Positions 9,516 to 20,254 of a stretch of 28,175 nt of DNA are shown here, piece after piece. The notes under the pieces are model-generated. The model was given only the letters and a program-made list of their open reading frames with translations, did not search any database and was not told where the DNA came from. The DNA comes from Gemmatimonadaceae bacterium (GTDB taxonomy: Bacteria > Gemmatimonadota > Gemmatimonadetes > Gemmatimonadales > Gemmatimonadaceae): NCBI GenBank assembly GCA_044224875.1, contig JBGAJQ010000065.1:1-28175 (forward strand). The letters are read 5' to 3'. Each line of letters starts with the position of its first letter. Within the stretch, counting starts at the first letter, position 1. Made by a program: the position numbers and the translations under genes.

Positions 9516-10121
9516 ATGCTCGTAGTCGGTCTTACCGGTAACATCGCCAGCGGCAAGAGTGCGGTCGCGCAGCAACTGGTGAAGCTCGGCGCGCAGCTCA
9601 TCGACTCGGATGTGCTGGCGCGACGAGCCGTTGAGCCGGGCTCGCCTGGGCTCAAGGCGATCGCTGAACGATGGGGACTTGGCGTCATCAATGAAGACGG
9701 CGGCCTGGATCGCGCCGCCCTGCGTAACGTCGTCTTTCGCGACCGGGCTGAGCTCGAGGCACTCAATGTAATCGTCCATCCAGAGGTCGAGCGCTTGCGT
9801 CAAGGGATGATCCAGGAGCTGCGGGAGGCGGGTGCAGACGTCGTTGTTTGCGATATTCCCCTGCTCTTCGAGAACCATTTGGAAAGGAGCTTCGATCGCG
9901 TCGTCCTCGTGGATGCCCCGTCCGATGTTCGCCTCGAACGACTCGTGGAGCTTCGACACATTGCCCCGGACGAGGCTCGCGCCATGATGGAGGCCCAGAT
10001 GCCCAGCGCCGACAAGCGGGCACGTTCTCACTATGTCATCGAGAATCAGGGTTCAATCGACCAGCTATTCAGCGCTGTGAATGAACTCTGGGCCAACCTG
10101 CGGCGCGACGCACGCGGCTAG
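9516..10121 (+). CDS. coaE: Dephospho-CoA kinase
   Basis: [13 protein letters not shown]-loop, [24 protein letters not shown]. Confidence 0.95.
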   Translation: MLVVGLTGNIASGKSAVAQQLVKLGAQLIDSDVLARRAVEPGSPGLKAIAERWGLGVINEDGGLDRAALRNVVFRDRAELEALNVIVHPEVERLRQGMIQELREAGADVVVCDIPLLFENHLERSFDRVVLVDAPSDVRLERLVELRHIAPDEARAMMEAQMPSADKRARSHYVIENQGSIDQLFSAVNELWANLRRDARG

Positions 10122-10130
10122 CGGTTTTTC

Positions 10131-10160
10131 TTGACAACGCGTTTCTCGCGCGGGTACTTT
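10131..10160 (+). promoter_or_regulatory. Putative sigma70-type promoter of gcvH
   Basis: TTGACA (10131-10136), 18-nt spacer, TACTTT (10155-10160), 32 nt before the gcvH start. Confidence 0.6.
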
Positions 10161-10192
10161 CGCCGCGACTTTCTCCGATTGGTAATACAACT

Positions 10193-10582
10193 GTGGCTAA
10201 CATCCCATCTGACCTCATCTACACCGCGGACCACGAATACGTGAAGTCGACGGACGCGGCGGATGTCGTGCTCGTTGGTGTGACGGACTATGCGCAGGAC
10301 CAGCTTGGCGACGTCGTGTACCTCGACCTTCCAAAGGTCGGGGCAAAATTCGATGCCCACGGCACCTTTGGCACGATTGAGGCCGTGAAGGCCGTGTCGG
10401 AACTCTATTCGCCGTTGGCCGGCGAGGTCGTCGAGGTGAACGGACGACTGGACGGTGAGCCTTCGCTGGTGAACACCGATCCGTATGGTGACGGATGGAT
10501 GATCAAGCTCAAGATGAGCGACCCGTCACAGAAAGGCTCACTGATGAACGCGGCGGCATACGCCAAGCACATCGGACAGTAG
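10193..10582 (+). CDS. gcvH: Glycine cleavage system H protein
   Basis: YTADHEYV, GVTDYAQDQLGDVVY, lipoyl-lysine motif IEAVKAVSELYSP, VNTDPYGDGW. Confidence 0.97.
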   Translation: MANIPSDLIYTADHEYVKSTDAADVVLVGVTDYAQDQLGDVVYLDLPKVGAKFDAHGTFGTIEAVKAVSELYSPLAGEVVEVNGRLDGEPSLVNTDPYGDGWMIKLKMSDPSQKGSLMNAAAYAKHIGQ

Positions 10583-10601
10583 TCGACGCTCCAGGAACAC
10601 A

Positions 10602-10631
10602 AAGGCCGCGACGAAAATTCGTCGCGGCCTT
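10602..10631. terminator. Inverted-repeat terminator between convergent gcvH and gcvP
   Basis: Perfect 14-bp inverted repeat AAGGCCGCGACGAA-AA-TTCGTCGCGGCCTT with short T runs on both strands. Confidence 0.82.
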
Positions 10632-10698
10632 CGCATTTCTCTACCGTCGCCGACGTCCGCCGTGGGAGTGAGCCTCCCGCGTAGCGTCGAGGCTCCAG

Positions 10699-13578
10699 CT
10701 AGCTCGCGTACATCTCGATCGGGGGACACGCGCAGACCACATTGCGATCGCCGTAGGCATTGTCCACGCGCGAAACGGCCGGCCAGAACTTGCGCTCGCG
10801 CACCCATTGCGCGGGGAAGGCCGCCTTTTCACGCGAGTAGCTTCGGTTCCACGCGTCGGAAATCACCACCTCTTGGGTGTGCGGCGCGTGCTTGAGCGGA
10901 TTGTCTTGCTTGTCCATGATGCCGCTCTCGATTTCGGCGATCTCGGCGCGAATCGCGATCAAGGCCTCACAGAACCGGTCGAGTTCGGCCTTCGATTCGC
11001 TTTCCGTCGGTTCGATCATCAGGGTGCCCGCCACGGGGAACGAAACCGTGGGAGCATGATAGCCAAAGTCCATCAGCCGTTTGGCAATGTCCTCGACCTC
11101 GACGCCGCTGGCCTGCTTCACGCCGCGTGGATCGACGATACACTCGTGGGCAATGCGCCCATTGCGGCCCTTGTACAGGACGGGGAACGACGACTCCAGC
11201 CGATGCGCGACGTAATTGGCGTTCAGCATGGCGATCTTCGTGGCGTGAGCCAGGCCCTCGCCTCCCATCATCTTGATGTAGATCCACGAAATCGGCAGGA
11301 TGCTCGCGCTTCCCCAGGGAGCCGCGGCCACGGCGCCTAACGAAGTACGACCCTCCTGTGGAATCACCGGATGTCCCGGCAGGTGCGGCGCCAGGTGCTT
11401 CGCCACACCAATCGGGCCCATGCCTGGTCCGCCGCCACCGTGCGGAATACAGAAGGTCTTGTGCAGGTTGAGGTGACACACATCCGCACCGATGTCTCCG
11501 GGGCGCGCGACACCGACCAGCGCGTTCATGTTGGCGCCGTCCATGTAGACCTGCCCGCCATGCTCATGAACGATCTGGCAGATCTCCTTGATTCCTTCCT
11601 CAAACACGCCATGAGTCGACGGATATGTCACCATGAGGGCGGCCAGTTGCGCCTGGTGCTCGGCGGCCTTGGCCCGCAAGTCCGCGATGTCGATGTCGCC
11701 GTTCGGTGAGGTCTTCACCACCACCACGCGCATGCTGGCCATGGCGGCGCTCGCCGGGTTTGTCCCGTGAGCGCTCTGCGGGATCAGGCAGACATCGCGG
11801 TGTCCCTGACCGCGCGACTCATGATACCGGCGAATGACCAGCAAGCCGGCGTACTCACCCTGCGAACCGGCATTCGGCTGCAACGACACCGCATGAAACC
11901 CGGTGATCTCGGCCAGGTCCTTCTCCAGCGTGGCAAACAGCTCGCGGTATCCCTTGGCTTGATCGAGCGGTGCGAAGGGGTGGATGCGACCGAACTCCGG
12001 CCACGTGACGGGGATCATCTCCGCCGTGGCATTCAACTTCATGGTGCACGAACCAAGCGAGATCATGGAGTGCACGAGCGACAGGTCGCGAGACTCCAGC
12101 TTTCGCATGTACCGAAGCATCTCGTGTTCCGCGTGATAGCGATGGAACACGGGGTGCGTCAGGAACGGCGACGTCCGCGCGAACCGCTCGTCGAATCGCG
12201 CGTCCACATCGGCCGCCACATCCGTCAGCCCAAACGGCAGCTGACGACCACCGTTCAGGGCGGTGAGGACATCGGCGACGTCCGCTTCGCCCGCTGTTTC
12301 ATCCAGCGCGACGACGACGGTCTGCGCGTCCTGCTTGCGGAAATTGATCCCCACGGTGCGCGCCGCCGCCACCGCAGCGTCCGCACCTATCCCCTTGAGC
12401 GTGATGGCGACGGTATCAAAGAACACGTCGTGTGCCACCGCGTGCCCAAGCTTTCGCGCCCCCGCCGCCAGCACCTCCGCATGGCGATGGATACGCCGAG
12501 CGATGCGCGTGAGGCCGTCGGGTCCATGCCAGACGGCATACATCCCGGCAATCACGGCGAGCAGTACTTGTGCGGTGCAGATGTTACTCGTTGCCTTTTC
12601 GCGCCGGATGTGCTGCTCGCGAGTGCCCAACGCCATGCGCAGTGCCATCTTCCCCTGGGCATCGCGGGAGACGCCGATCAGGCGTCCCGGCATCACGCGC
12701 TTGTACTCGTCCCTCGTTGCCATGAATGCGGCGTGCGGACCGCCGTAGCCTAACGGCACACCAAAGCGCTGCGAGTTGCCAAAGACCACGTCAGCCCCCC
12801 ACTCTCCCGGTGGCTGCAACAGCGTGAGGGCCATGAGGTCCGTTGCCACCCCGACGATCGCACCAGCCGCGTGGGCCCGCTCCGTCGCCGTCCGATAGTC
12901 GTGGACACCGCCGTCGGTCGTTGGGTACTGCAGGATGACGCAAAAGGTATCGGCGGTGAACTGTGTCGTCCGGGCATCGCCCACCACCACGTGCAGTTTG
13001 GATGCCCACGCACGCGTGCGAACGATGTCGATGGTTTGCGGATGCAGGCCGGAATCGAGGAACACCGTCTCCTTCCCTTCCTTGCCCTTCAGTCCGTACG
13101 CCATGTGCACGGCTTCCGCCGCCGCCGTCCCCTCATCCAGCAACGACGCATTCGCGATCTCCATGCCCGTCAGGTCAATCACCACCGTCTGGTAGTTGAG
13201 CAACGCTTCCAGTCGCCCCTGCGCAATCTCCGACTGGTAGGGCGTGTAGGCCGTGTACCACCCGGGATTTTCGAGGATATTGCGCTGGATCACGGTTGGC
13301 GTTAGGCAATCGTGATACCCCAGGCCAAGATAGGAGCGGCAGATGACATTCTGCTCAGCCAGCCGCCGAATCTCGGCCAGCACATCGTGCTCCGTACGGG
13401 CCCGTCCAATGTCCAGCGTTCGGCGCAGGCGAATGCTCTCGGGCACCGTGGCGTCGACGAATGCCTCGAGCGTGGAGTAGCCGAGCGTCGCCAGCATCTC
13501 GCTGACCTCGGCGTCGGATGGGCCAATATGGCGATTGACGAAGGTGTCGGTGAAGTCGGGAGCCACGGGAAGATTCAC
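10699..13578 (-). CDS. gcvP: Glycine dehydrogenase (decarboxylating), single-chain P protein
   Basis: 959 aa; [63 protein letters not shown]. Confidence 0.98.
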   Translation of the reverse strand: MNLPVAPDFTDTFVNRHIGPSDAEVSEMLATLGYSTLEAFVDATVPESIRLRRTLDIGRARTEHDVLAEIRRLAEQNVICRSYLGLGYHDCLTPTVIQRNILENPGWYTAYTPYQSEIAQGRLEALLNYQTVVIDLTGMEIANASLLDEGTAAAEAVHMAYGLKGKEGKETVFLDSGLHPQTIDIVRTRAWASKLHVVVGDARTTQFTADTFCVILQYPTTDGGVHDYRTATERAHAAGAIVGVATDLMALTLLQPPGEWGADVVFGNSQRFGVPLGYGGPHAAFMATRDEYKRVMPGRLIGVSRDAQGKMALRMALGTREQHIRREKATSNICTAQVLLAVIAGMYAVWHGPDGLTRIARRIHRHAEVLAAGARKLGHAVAHDVFFDTVAITLKGIGADAAVAAARTVGINFRKQDAQTVVVALDETAGEADVADVLTALNGGRQLPFGLTDVAADVDARFDERFARTSPFLTHPVFHRYHAEHEMLRYMRKLESRDLSLVHSMISLGSCTMKLNATAEMIPVTWPEFGRIHPFAPLDQAKGYRELFATLEKDLAEITGFHAVSLQPNAGSQGEYAGLLVIRRYHESRGQGHRDVCLIPQSAHGTNPASAAMASMRVVVVKTSPNGDIDIADLRAKAAEHQAQLAALMVTYPSTHGVFEEGIKEICQIVHEHGGQVYMDGANMNALVGVARPGDIGADVCHLNLHKTFCIPHGGGGPGMGPIGVAKHLAPHLPGHPVIPQEGRTSLGAVAAAPWGSASILPISWIYIKMMGGEGLAHATKIAMLNANYVAHRLESSFPVLYKGRNGRIAHECIVDPRGVKQASGVEVEDIAKRLMDFGYHAPTVSFPVAGTLMIEPTESESKAELDRFCEALIAIRAEIAEIESGIMDKQDNPLKHAPHTQEVVISDAWNRSYSREKAAFPAQWVRERKFWPAVSRVDNAYGDRNVVCACPPIEMYAS

Positions 13579-13850
13579 AGTGGGGGAAGACGCAGACGTG
13601 CTGGTGAGACGTGCGGGAAATCTACTGGCGAGCGGAAGGGGAGGCGAACCTCACCCAGCGACGACCGACGCGAAGCACCCAGGGATCGATGCCTCAAGCC
13701 TGGAACCTCGCGCGGTGTACCGCACCCACGGTCCCGACAAGTTGCGCACCGCTGCGCCGGCGGGCCCATGATCGCTAGCTTTCCGCTTCCTCTTCCCGCT
13801 TGACTGCCGCAGAAGTGAATCCCCCGAGCACAGGGCTGCCTTTTCTGGGT

Positions 13851-14618
13851 GTGTCCAACTGGCGCGTGCTGGTGAACGCGCCGCTCTCGGGCGCGCTGAA
13901 CATGGCAATCGACGAAGCGCTGATGCGCCGGGCCGCGCAAAGTGGTGAGGGTGTGTTCCGCATCTATCGCTGGTCGAATCCCACGCTCACCCTCGGCCGG
14001 CATCAGCGAGCACGCGAGGCATTCGATCCGCAACTCGCCGCCCCGCTCGACGTGCGGCTCGTCAGGCGCATGACCGGCGGTCGCGCGCTCCTGCACTGGC
14101 GCGAGGTTACGTACAGCGTCACCGCGCCCCTCGGCGCAGAACCGCTGCACGAGACGTACACGGCGATCAATGAACTGCTCATCACCGCGCTGGCGCTGCT
14201 CGGCGTCGTGGCCACCGTCGCGCCACGCAGCGGACGAATGCCCCCGCCGGGCGGCGCACCGTGCTTTGAACTGCCCGCGGAAGGTGAAATCCTCGTCGGC
14301 GCGCACAAGCTGGTCGGTAGTGCGCAACTACGCGATAGCGAATCCATGCTGCAACACGGCTCCATTCTCATCGCCGACGATCAGGGACTTGTTGGACAGG
14401 TCTCTCCTCGGCCCGTGGTCCAGATGTCGCCGGCTGCCACGCTTACGCAGGCCCTCGGACGCGAGCCGGTGTTCGAGGAGGTTGCCGCGGCGTTGCAGCG
14501 CGCCCTCACACAGCGACTCCCGCACCCGCCGCAACTGTTTGACGTGACGTCGATCATGTCGATCGCCGAACCACTGGTGGCCAAATACGAGAGCGACGCG
14601 TGGAATTGGAGCCGATAG
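13851..14618 (+). CDS. Single-domain lipoate-protein ligase family enzyme, probably a LipM-type octanoyltransferase
   Basis: NMAIDEAL, RRMTGGRALLH, PCFELPAEGEILVGAHKLVGSAQ, LQHGSIL; no LplA C-terminal domain. Start is GTG 13851 or TTG 13800. Confidence 0.85.
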   Translation: MSNWRVLVNAPLSGALNMAIDEALMRRAAQSGEGVFRIYRWSNPTLTLGRHQRAREAFDPQLAAPLDVRLVRRMTGGRALLHWREVTYSVTAPLGAEPLHETYTAINELLITALALLGVVATVAPRSGRMPPPGGAPCFELPAEGEILVGAHKLVGSAQLRDSESMLQHGSILIADDQGLVGQVSPRPVVQMSPAATLTQALGREPVFEEVAAALQRALTQRLPHPPQLFDVTSIMSIAEPLVAKYESDAWNWSR

Positions 14619-14669
14619 GCGGAGTCGCGCTCGACCGGACGGCAGTCGCGTAGTACACTTACGCTCGCG

Positions 14670-15638
14670 ATGGCGGGCTTTCTCCTTCGACGCGTGCTGC
14701 AGAGTGTCGCGATCCTGTTTGTGGTCGCGACGGTGACGTTTTTTCTTCTGCATTCGGCGCCTGGCGATCCCGTGGACGCCCTGTCGAACGACACGCGGCT
14801 CACCCCGGAAATTCGCGCACTCCTTCGCGAGCGGTACGGACTCGACGACCCACTGATCGTCCAGTACGGAAAGCACCTCGCCCGCCTCGCGCGGGGTGAC
14901 TTGGGGTTTTCGATCTCTCAACGTCGCGAAGTGTCAGCGGTGCTCGCGAGCGCCATGCCAAACACGATGTTGTTGATGGGGACCACGCTCGTGATCGCCT
15001 TTGCGGCAGGCATTGCCGTTGGTGCGGTGCAAGGCGCAAAGGCGGATAGCCGGTTTGACCGCATAACGAGTCGCGTCACCACCACGTTGGCCACGCTGCC
15101 CGACTTCTGGCTGGCTACGGGGGTCAGCCTGGTATTCGCCTCAAGGCTCGCCCTGTTTCCAATCGCCGGCATGGTGGACCCGGTCATGCACCCGCTGATG
15201 TCGTCGTCGGGCAAGGTGTGGGACGTGCTCAAGCACCTCACGCTTCCCGTATTGTCGCTGGTGCTGATTGTCGCCAGCATCGTGGCGCGATATCAGCGTT
15301 CCGCGTTGCTCGATACCTGGCAAGAGGACTATCTGCGGACGGCTCGGGCTGCTGGCGTCTCCTGGCGACGCCGCCTGTATCGGCACGCGCTCCGCAATGC
15401 GCTGCTTCCGATCATCACGTTGCTCGGGTTGGCCCTGCCCTCGCTGGTCGGCGGTTCGCTGTTTGTGGAAACGGTGTTCGCGTGGCCAGGTATCGGGCGC
15501 CTGGCCGCGGAGGCGATCCTGCTTCGCGATTTTCCCCTGGTGCTCGGCGTGGTGATGGCCGCCAGCACGCTCGTGGCCGCTGGCGGCGTCCTGGCGGACG
15601 TCTTGCACGCCGTGGTCGATCCGAGGCTGCGTGCCTAA
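14670..15638 (+). CDS. Peptide/nickel ABC transporter permease (DppB/OppB-like)
   Basis: APGDPV, GDLGFS, EDYLRTARAAG...HALRNALLP, VETVFAWPGIG. Confidence 0.93.
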   Translation: MAGFLLRRVLQSVAILFVVATVTFFLLHSAPGDPVDALSNDTRLTPEIRALLRERYGLDDPLIVQYGKHLARLARGDLGFSISQRREVSAVLASAMPNTMLLMGTTLVIAFAAGIAVGAVQGAKADSRFDRITSRVTTTLATLPDFWLATGVSLVFASRLALFPIAGMVDPVMHPLMSSSGKVWDVLKHLTLPVLSLVLIVASIVARYQRSALLDTWQEDYLRTARAAGVSWRRRLYRHALRNALLPIITLLGLALPSLVGGSLFVETVFAWPGIGRLAAEAILLRDFPLVLGVVMAASTLVAAGGVLADVLHAVVDPRLRA

Positions 15639-16560
15639 CGCCACGCCACGCTCGGTCGCGGCTTTGGCCGACGCGGCTCCGGACGACGTCGGTCCGGACG
15701 TCGCGCCGTCAGCTCGCCTCCGCGCCACGTTGCGCGGCGACCGTACTCTGCTGGCGGCGGCGACTGTCTTGCTGGCAATCGCTATCGCGGCGCTGCTCGC
15801 GCCGCTGGTCACGCGATATGATCCCGTCAAGCAGCTGGACGTCGCGCGCTTGGCGCTTTTGCCGCCCTCCGCCGACCACTGGTTTGGCACCGACCCGTTG
15901 AGCCGCGACGTCTTCAGTCGCGTGGTGTACGGCGCCCGTGTTTCACTGGCGGTCGCCCTCCTCGCCGTAGCTCTCTCCATTGGAATTGGCACCATCTACG
16001 GCGCCGTCGCCGGGTATGTCGGCGGGACAGTAGACGCGGCGATGATGCGCTCGCTGGATGCGCTCCTCTCCATTCCCCGTGTCCTCCTCCTGCTTGGCGT
16101 CTTGTCGCTGTGGGGGCAGCTGTCGACCCTCGCGCTCGTGGTCCTCATCGGCGTCACAGGCTGGTTCGGCGTGGCGCGGCTGGTCCGCGCGCAGGTCATC
16201 GCCTTGCGGGAGCGGGAGTTCGTGAGCGCCAGCCAGGCCCTTGGTGCGCGTCCCCTGCGAACTCTCGTTAGGCATGTGCTCCCCCACGTCTCATCGCCGG
16301 TGCTGGTGGCAGCCACACTCGGCGTCGGCAACGTGATTATCGTCGAGGCAGGTCTCTCGTTCCTGGGCTACGGCGTTCCGGTGCCGCAACCCAGCTGGGG
16401 CAGCATTATCCGCGACGGGCGGGAGTATATCCCCACCCAAAGCGCCTGGTGGCTGACGGTTTTCCCGGGCTTGGCCCTCGTCACCACGGTGCTCGCGGTG
16501 AATGTGTTGTCCGACCGCTTGCGCGCAGCGATGAACCCGCGGCAGCTTCCCGCCCCATGA
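15631..16560 (+). CDS. Peptide/nickel ABC transporter permease (DppC/OppC-like)
   Basis: HWFGTDPLSRDVFSRVVYGARVSL, EREFVSASQALGA, EAGLSFLG. Confidence 0.93.
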   Translation: MPNATPRSVAALADAAPDDVGPDVAPSARLRATLRGDRTLLAAATVLLAIAIAALLAPLVTRYDPVKQLDVARLALLPPSADHWFGTDPLSRDVFSRVVYGARVSLAVALLAVALSIGIGTIYGAVAGYVGGTVDAAMMRSLDALLSIPRVLLLLGVLSLWGQLSTLALVVLIGVTGWFGVARLVRAQVIALREREFVSASQALGARPLRTLVRHVLPHVSSPVLVAATLGVGNVIIVEAGLSFLGYGVPVPQPSWGSIIRDGREYIPTQSAWWLTVFPGLALVTTVLAVNVLSDRLRAAMNPRQLPAP

Positions 16561-17549
16561 GCACGCCACTCCTTTCGGTGGAAAACCTGCGCACCTACTT
16601 CCATACGCCGCACGGTGTGGCGCGCGCGGTGGACGGCGTGAACTTCTCCATCCAGGCGGGCGAGATCGTCAGCGTCGTGGGCGAATCCGGTTGCGGCAAG
16701 ACCGCCACGGCCCTGTCGCTGCTTCGTCTGATCGATGCGCCGGGACGCATCGAATCCGGCTCGCACATCTGGTTCGAGGGTAAGGACCTCCTGGCCCTGG
16801 ACGAGGAAGGCATCCGTCAGGTGCGCGGGCAACGCATCGCCATGGTCTTTCAGGAGCCTATGACGGCGTTGAACCCGGTGTTCACCATCGGAGACCAGGT
16901 GGCGGAGGTGGTTCGTGTGCATACCAAGGCTACACGGCGTGAGGCCTGGGACCGCGCGGTCGAGATGTTACGGCACGTCGGAATTCCCGAACCCGACGTG
17001 CGAGCCAAGTCTTATCCGCATCAGTTGTCTGGCGGACTCCGGCAACGCGTGCTGATTGCCATGGCGCTCGTGATGCGCCCGGCCCTGCTCATTGCCGACG
17101 AGCCAACGACGGCGCTTGACGTGACGATCCAGGCGCAGATCCTCGAGTTGTTGCAGCAGCTCCAACGCGAGCTGGGCATGGCGGTGTTGCTCATCACGCA
17201 CGACCTCGGCGTGGTGGCCGAGGTCGCGCAACGCGTCATGGTGATGTACGCGGGCCAGGTAGTGGAGGACGCGCCCGTCCGTGAGTTGTTCGCCAATCCG
17301 CAACACCCCTACACGCGAGGTCTGCTCCGCGCCATGCCGAAGGCGCGCCGCACCGGCGATCGCCTGCAGACCATCCCCGGCACGGTGCCGCCGCCGACCG
17401 CATGGCCGGACGGCTGCCGCTTTCGCGAACGGTGCAGCGACGCGTTCGACCGATGCCATCAGGCACCGGAGCTCTATGCCGTCGGGCCAACACACCAGGC
17501 CCGGTGCTTCCTGACGCAACTCGCGCGCACGGGGGAGCCGGCACGATGA
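16557..17549 (+). CDS. Peptide ABC transporter ATP-binding protein (DppD/OppD-like)
   Basis: ATG 16557 overlaps the upstream [41 protein letters not shown]. Confidence 0.94.
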   Translation: MSTPLLSVENLRTYFHTPHGVARAVDGVNFSIQAGEIVSVVGESGCGKTATALSLLRLIDAPGRIESGSHIWFEGKDLLALDEEGIRQVRGQRIAMVFQEPMTALNPVFTIGDQVAEVVRVHTKATRREAWDRAVEMLRHVGIPEPDVRAKSYPHQLSGGLRQRVLIAMALVMRPALLIADEPTTALDVTIQAQILELLQQLQRELGMAVLLITHDLGVVAEVAQRVMVMYAGQVVEDAPVRELFANPQHPYTRGLLRAMPKARRTGDRLQTIPGTVPPPTAWPDGCRFRERCSDAFDRCHQAPELYAVGPTHQARCFLTQLARTGEPAR

Positions 17550-18610
17550 ACACGCCCCTGCTCTCCGTTCGCGATCTCAAGAAGCACTTCCCTTCCAGCG
17601 CCGGGCTCTTTGCCCGCCGCGGCCCGCCCATCCGCGCGCTGGATGGCGTCTCGTTTGATCTGGCGGAAGGCGAGACGTTAGGTGTCGTGGGTGAGTCCGG
17701 CTGCGGAAAGACCACCCTCGGCCGCACGATCTTGCGACTCGTCGAGCCGACCGCCGGTGAGATTCGCTTCGATGGAGCCGACTTCCGCGCCTTGGCAGGG
17801 AAGGATCTGCGGTCGATGCGCCGCAACCTTCAGATCGTGTTTCAGGATCCCTACTCGTCGCTCAACCCGCGCATGACCGTGGGCGCAGCGATTCGCGAAG
17901 GACTCACCATCCACCGCCTCGCCGAAGGGGCGCAAGCCGATCAACGCGTCCGCCAGTTGCTCGAGGAAGTGGGACTGCGGGGCGACTACGCGAGGCGCTA
18001 TCCGCACGAGTTTTCGGGCGGGCAACGACAGCGTATTGGCATTGCGCGCGCCCTCGCCGTGCAGCCTCGGTTTATCGTCTGCGATGAACCTGTTTCGGCG
18101 CTCGACGTCTCTGTCCAGGCGCAGGTCGTGAACCTGCTGTTGGATCTGCAGCGGGACCGAAAACTCGCGTACCTCTTCATCTCGCACGACCTCCGCATCG
18201 TGGAGCAGGTCGCTGCCCGGGTCGCCGTGATGTACCTGGGTCGCATCGTGGAGTTGGCGACAGCGGAGGACTTGTATCGCGAGCCGTTGATGCCGTACAC
18301 CCAAGCGCTGCTGTCGGCGATTCCCGTCCCCGATCCGATCACCAAGCGCGAGCGGATCGTGTTGAGTGGGGACGTCCCCTCTCCAGCCAATCCGCCTTCA
18401 GGGTGCGTCTTTCATCCACGATGTCATCACCCCGCCAAGGACGACGCGTGTGCGCGGATCGTGCCACCGCTGGAGGAAAAGACGCCCGGCCACTGGGTCG
18501 CGTGCATCAAGCAACCCCCGACCAGCATCACGTGGGAAGCACAGCAAGCGCAGGGCGCCGTCCGACAGCCCGTGCGGCACCTGCCCGTGCTCACCGAATC
18601 CACCCTCTGA
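17546..18610 (+). CDS. Peptide ABC transporter ATP-binding protein (DppF/OppF-like)
   Basis: ATG 17546 (ATGA overlap); [41 protein letters not shown]. Confidence 0.94.
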   Translation: MNTPLLSVRDLKKHFPSSAGLFARRGPPIRALDGVSFDLAEGETLGVVGESGCGKTTLGRTILRLVEPTAGEIRFDGADFRALAGKDLRSMRRNLQIVFQDPYSSLNPRMTVGAAIREGLTIHRLAEGAQADQRVRQLLEEVGLRGDYARRYPHEFSGGQRQRIGIARALAVQPRFIVCDEPVSALDVSVQAQVVNLLLDLQRDRKLAYLFISHDLRIVEQVAARVAVMYLGRIVELATAEDLYREPLMPYTQALLSAIPVPDPITKRERIVLSGDVPSPANPPSGCVFHPRCHHPAKDDACARIVPPLEEKTPGHWVACIKQPPTSITWEAQQAQGAVRQPVRHLPVLTESTL

Positions 18611-18634
18611 CGACGTTCAACCGGAGCCAACGCT

Positions 18635-20191
18635 GTGACTGCGTCCGCCGCACCACTCGCGCCGTCAAACAACCCCGTGTTCGAGGACCGCGCCCTTCTC
18701 GGCCAGCCGCGCGGGCTGGCCCTGCTCTTTCTCGCCGAGATGTGGGAGCGATTCTCCTACTACGGAATGCGCTCCCTACTGGTGTTGTACCTGGTGAATG
18801 AGCTGAAGTGGTCCGACTCTAGCGCCACCAGCTTGTATGGCACCTACACGGGGCTGGTGTGGCTTACGCCGATCTTTGGCGGATACATCGCGGACCGCTT
18901 CATTGGCACGCGACGTTCGCTCGTGCTCGGAGCTTCGGTCATCTCGGCGGGCCACTTCGTGCTGGCCATGCAGTCCATGGCGACGTTCTACCTTGGCCTG
19001 GCCCTCGTCATCATTGGGACGGGGTTCTTCAAGCCGAACGTCTCCACCATGGTCGGACAGATGTACCGGGAAGGTGATCCCCGGCGCGATGCGGGTTTCA
19101 CCGTGTTCTACATGGGGATCAACACTGGGGCGTTCATCGCGCCCTTCATCTGCGGCACGCTTGGCCAGCGTGTGGGCTGGCACTACGGGTTCGGGGCCGC
19201 CGGGGTGGGCATGCTGATTGGCCTCGCGATGTATCTCTACGCGCGCGACAAGTACCTGCCCGGGATCGGCACCACGCCCTCGCAGGCCCTTCAGCCCGGG
19301 ATCGGCACCACGCCCTCGCAGGCCCTTCAGGCATCCGCGTCGGCAGATGCAACCAGCGGCGCCATGAATCCGATGCACGGGGTGATCGGTGCCGTGGTGG
19401 GGCTTGTTGTCGGCTGGTTTGGCTCCAGTGGCAATTGGTTCGGTGTCCTCATGGGCGCCACCGTGGGAGCCGCCATCGGGCTCTCCGTGCTGGGATCTCA
19501 CGGTGAGGAGCGAAAGCGCGTCATCGCGCTCTTCATTGTGGTGTTCTTCGTGATCTTTTTCTGGATGGCCTACGAGCAGGCCGGCAGCTCAATGAACATC
19601 TTCGCTGATCGGTACACCAACCTGACGGTGGGGACGTTCGAGGTTCCGTCGAGCTGGTTCCAATCGGCGCCACCCCTCTTTGTACTCCTGCTGTCGATCC
19701 CGGTCGCTGCGGTGTGGCGCGCCCTGGACAAGAAGGGCATCGAGCCGTCGACCCCCATGAAGATGGTGTGGGGACTGACGTTCCTCGGCGCGAGCTTCGC
19801 GGCGATGTACCTGGCGGGGCGCGCTGCCGATGCCTGCATCGCCCAAGTCGGCGCCGAGCAAGCGCGTACCAGCTGCCACGTCGCCTCGCCATTCTTCCTC
19901 GTCGTGACCTATTTCGGCAACGTCATCGGGGAGCTCTTCGTCTCGCCAATCGGACTGTCCTACGTGACGAAGGTCGCACCCGCCCGCTTCGGGTCACTCC
20001 TCATGGGCGCGTTCTTCCTCTCGAACTCGGCCGCGTCGAAGATCGGCGGGTATGTCGCCGGACTCACCGAGCGTGTTCCCACGCAGGCACAGTTCTGGTC
20101 CATCTTCATCGTCACGTCCGTCGGCGCTGCGTTGGTGATGATGATCTTGGTACCGACGTTGAAGCGACTGACGTCAAGCGTGAAGGCGTAG
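18635..20191 (+). CDS. Proton-dependent oligopeptide transporter (POT/PTR family, MFS)
   Basis: ExxERFxYY motif AEMWERFSYYGMR, GTGFFKPNVS, FYMGINTGA, ELFVSPIGLS. Confidence 0.95.
   Translation: MTASAAPLAPSNNPVFEDRALLGQPRGLALLFLAEMWERFSYYGMRSLLVLYLVNELKWSDSSATSLYGTYTGLVWLTPIFGGYIADRFIGTRRSLVLGASVISAGHFVLAMQSMATFYLGLALVIIGTGFFKPNVSTMVGQMYREGDPRRDAGFTVFYMGINTGAFIAPFICGTLGQRVGWHYGFGAAGVGMLIGLAMYLYARDKYLPGIGTTPSQALQPGIGTTPSQALQASASADATSGAMNPMHGVIGAVVGLVVGWFGSSGNWFGVLMGATVGAAIGLSVLGSHGEERKRVIALFIVVFFVIFFWMAYEQAGSSMNIFADRYTNLTVGTFEVPSSWFQSAPPLFVLLLSIPVAAVWRALDKKGIEPSTPMKMVWGLTFLGASFAAMYLAGRAADACIAQVGAEQARTSCHVASPFFLVVTYFGNVIGELFVSPIGLSYVTKVAPARFGSLLMGAFFLSNSAASKIGGYVAGLTERVPTQAQFWSIFIVTSVGAALVMMILVPTLKRLTSSVKA
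19258..19329 (+). repeat. Perfect 36-bp tandem duplication inside the POT gene
   Basis: GCCCGGGATCGGCACCACGCCCTCGCAGGCCCTTCA at 19258-19293 and 19294-19329; encodes PGIGTTPSQALQ twice. Confidence 0.95.
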
Positions 20192-20254
20192 CGGGGCGCT
20201 CGAAGCGTCGGACGCTACGCAACGTGACGAGAGGAAAACGGGTGGAGACCGGCC

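Noticed and set aside
11767..12753. 328-aa antisense ORF within gcvP and many similar shadow ORFs (e.g. 1923..2633, 13575..14327, 15141..15995, 18776..19501, 24290..25033)
   Set aside because: They overlap well-supported genes, are R/P/A-rich with no motifs, and are expected from stop-codon scarcity in high-GC DNA.
13579..13850. Glycine riboswitch upstream of gcvP
   Set aside because: The minus-strand leader lacks the GGAGA / CCGAAG / CTCTCAGG core elements, and no tandem aptamer pattern is visible.
19258..19329. CRISPR array (36-bp repeat)
   Set aside because: Only two adjacent copies with no spacer, in frame inside a transporter gene, and no cas genes.
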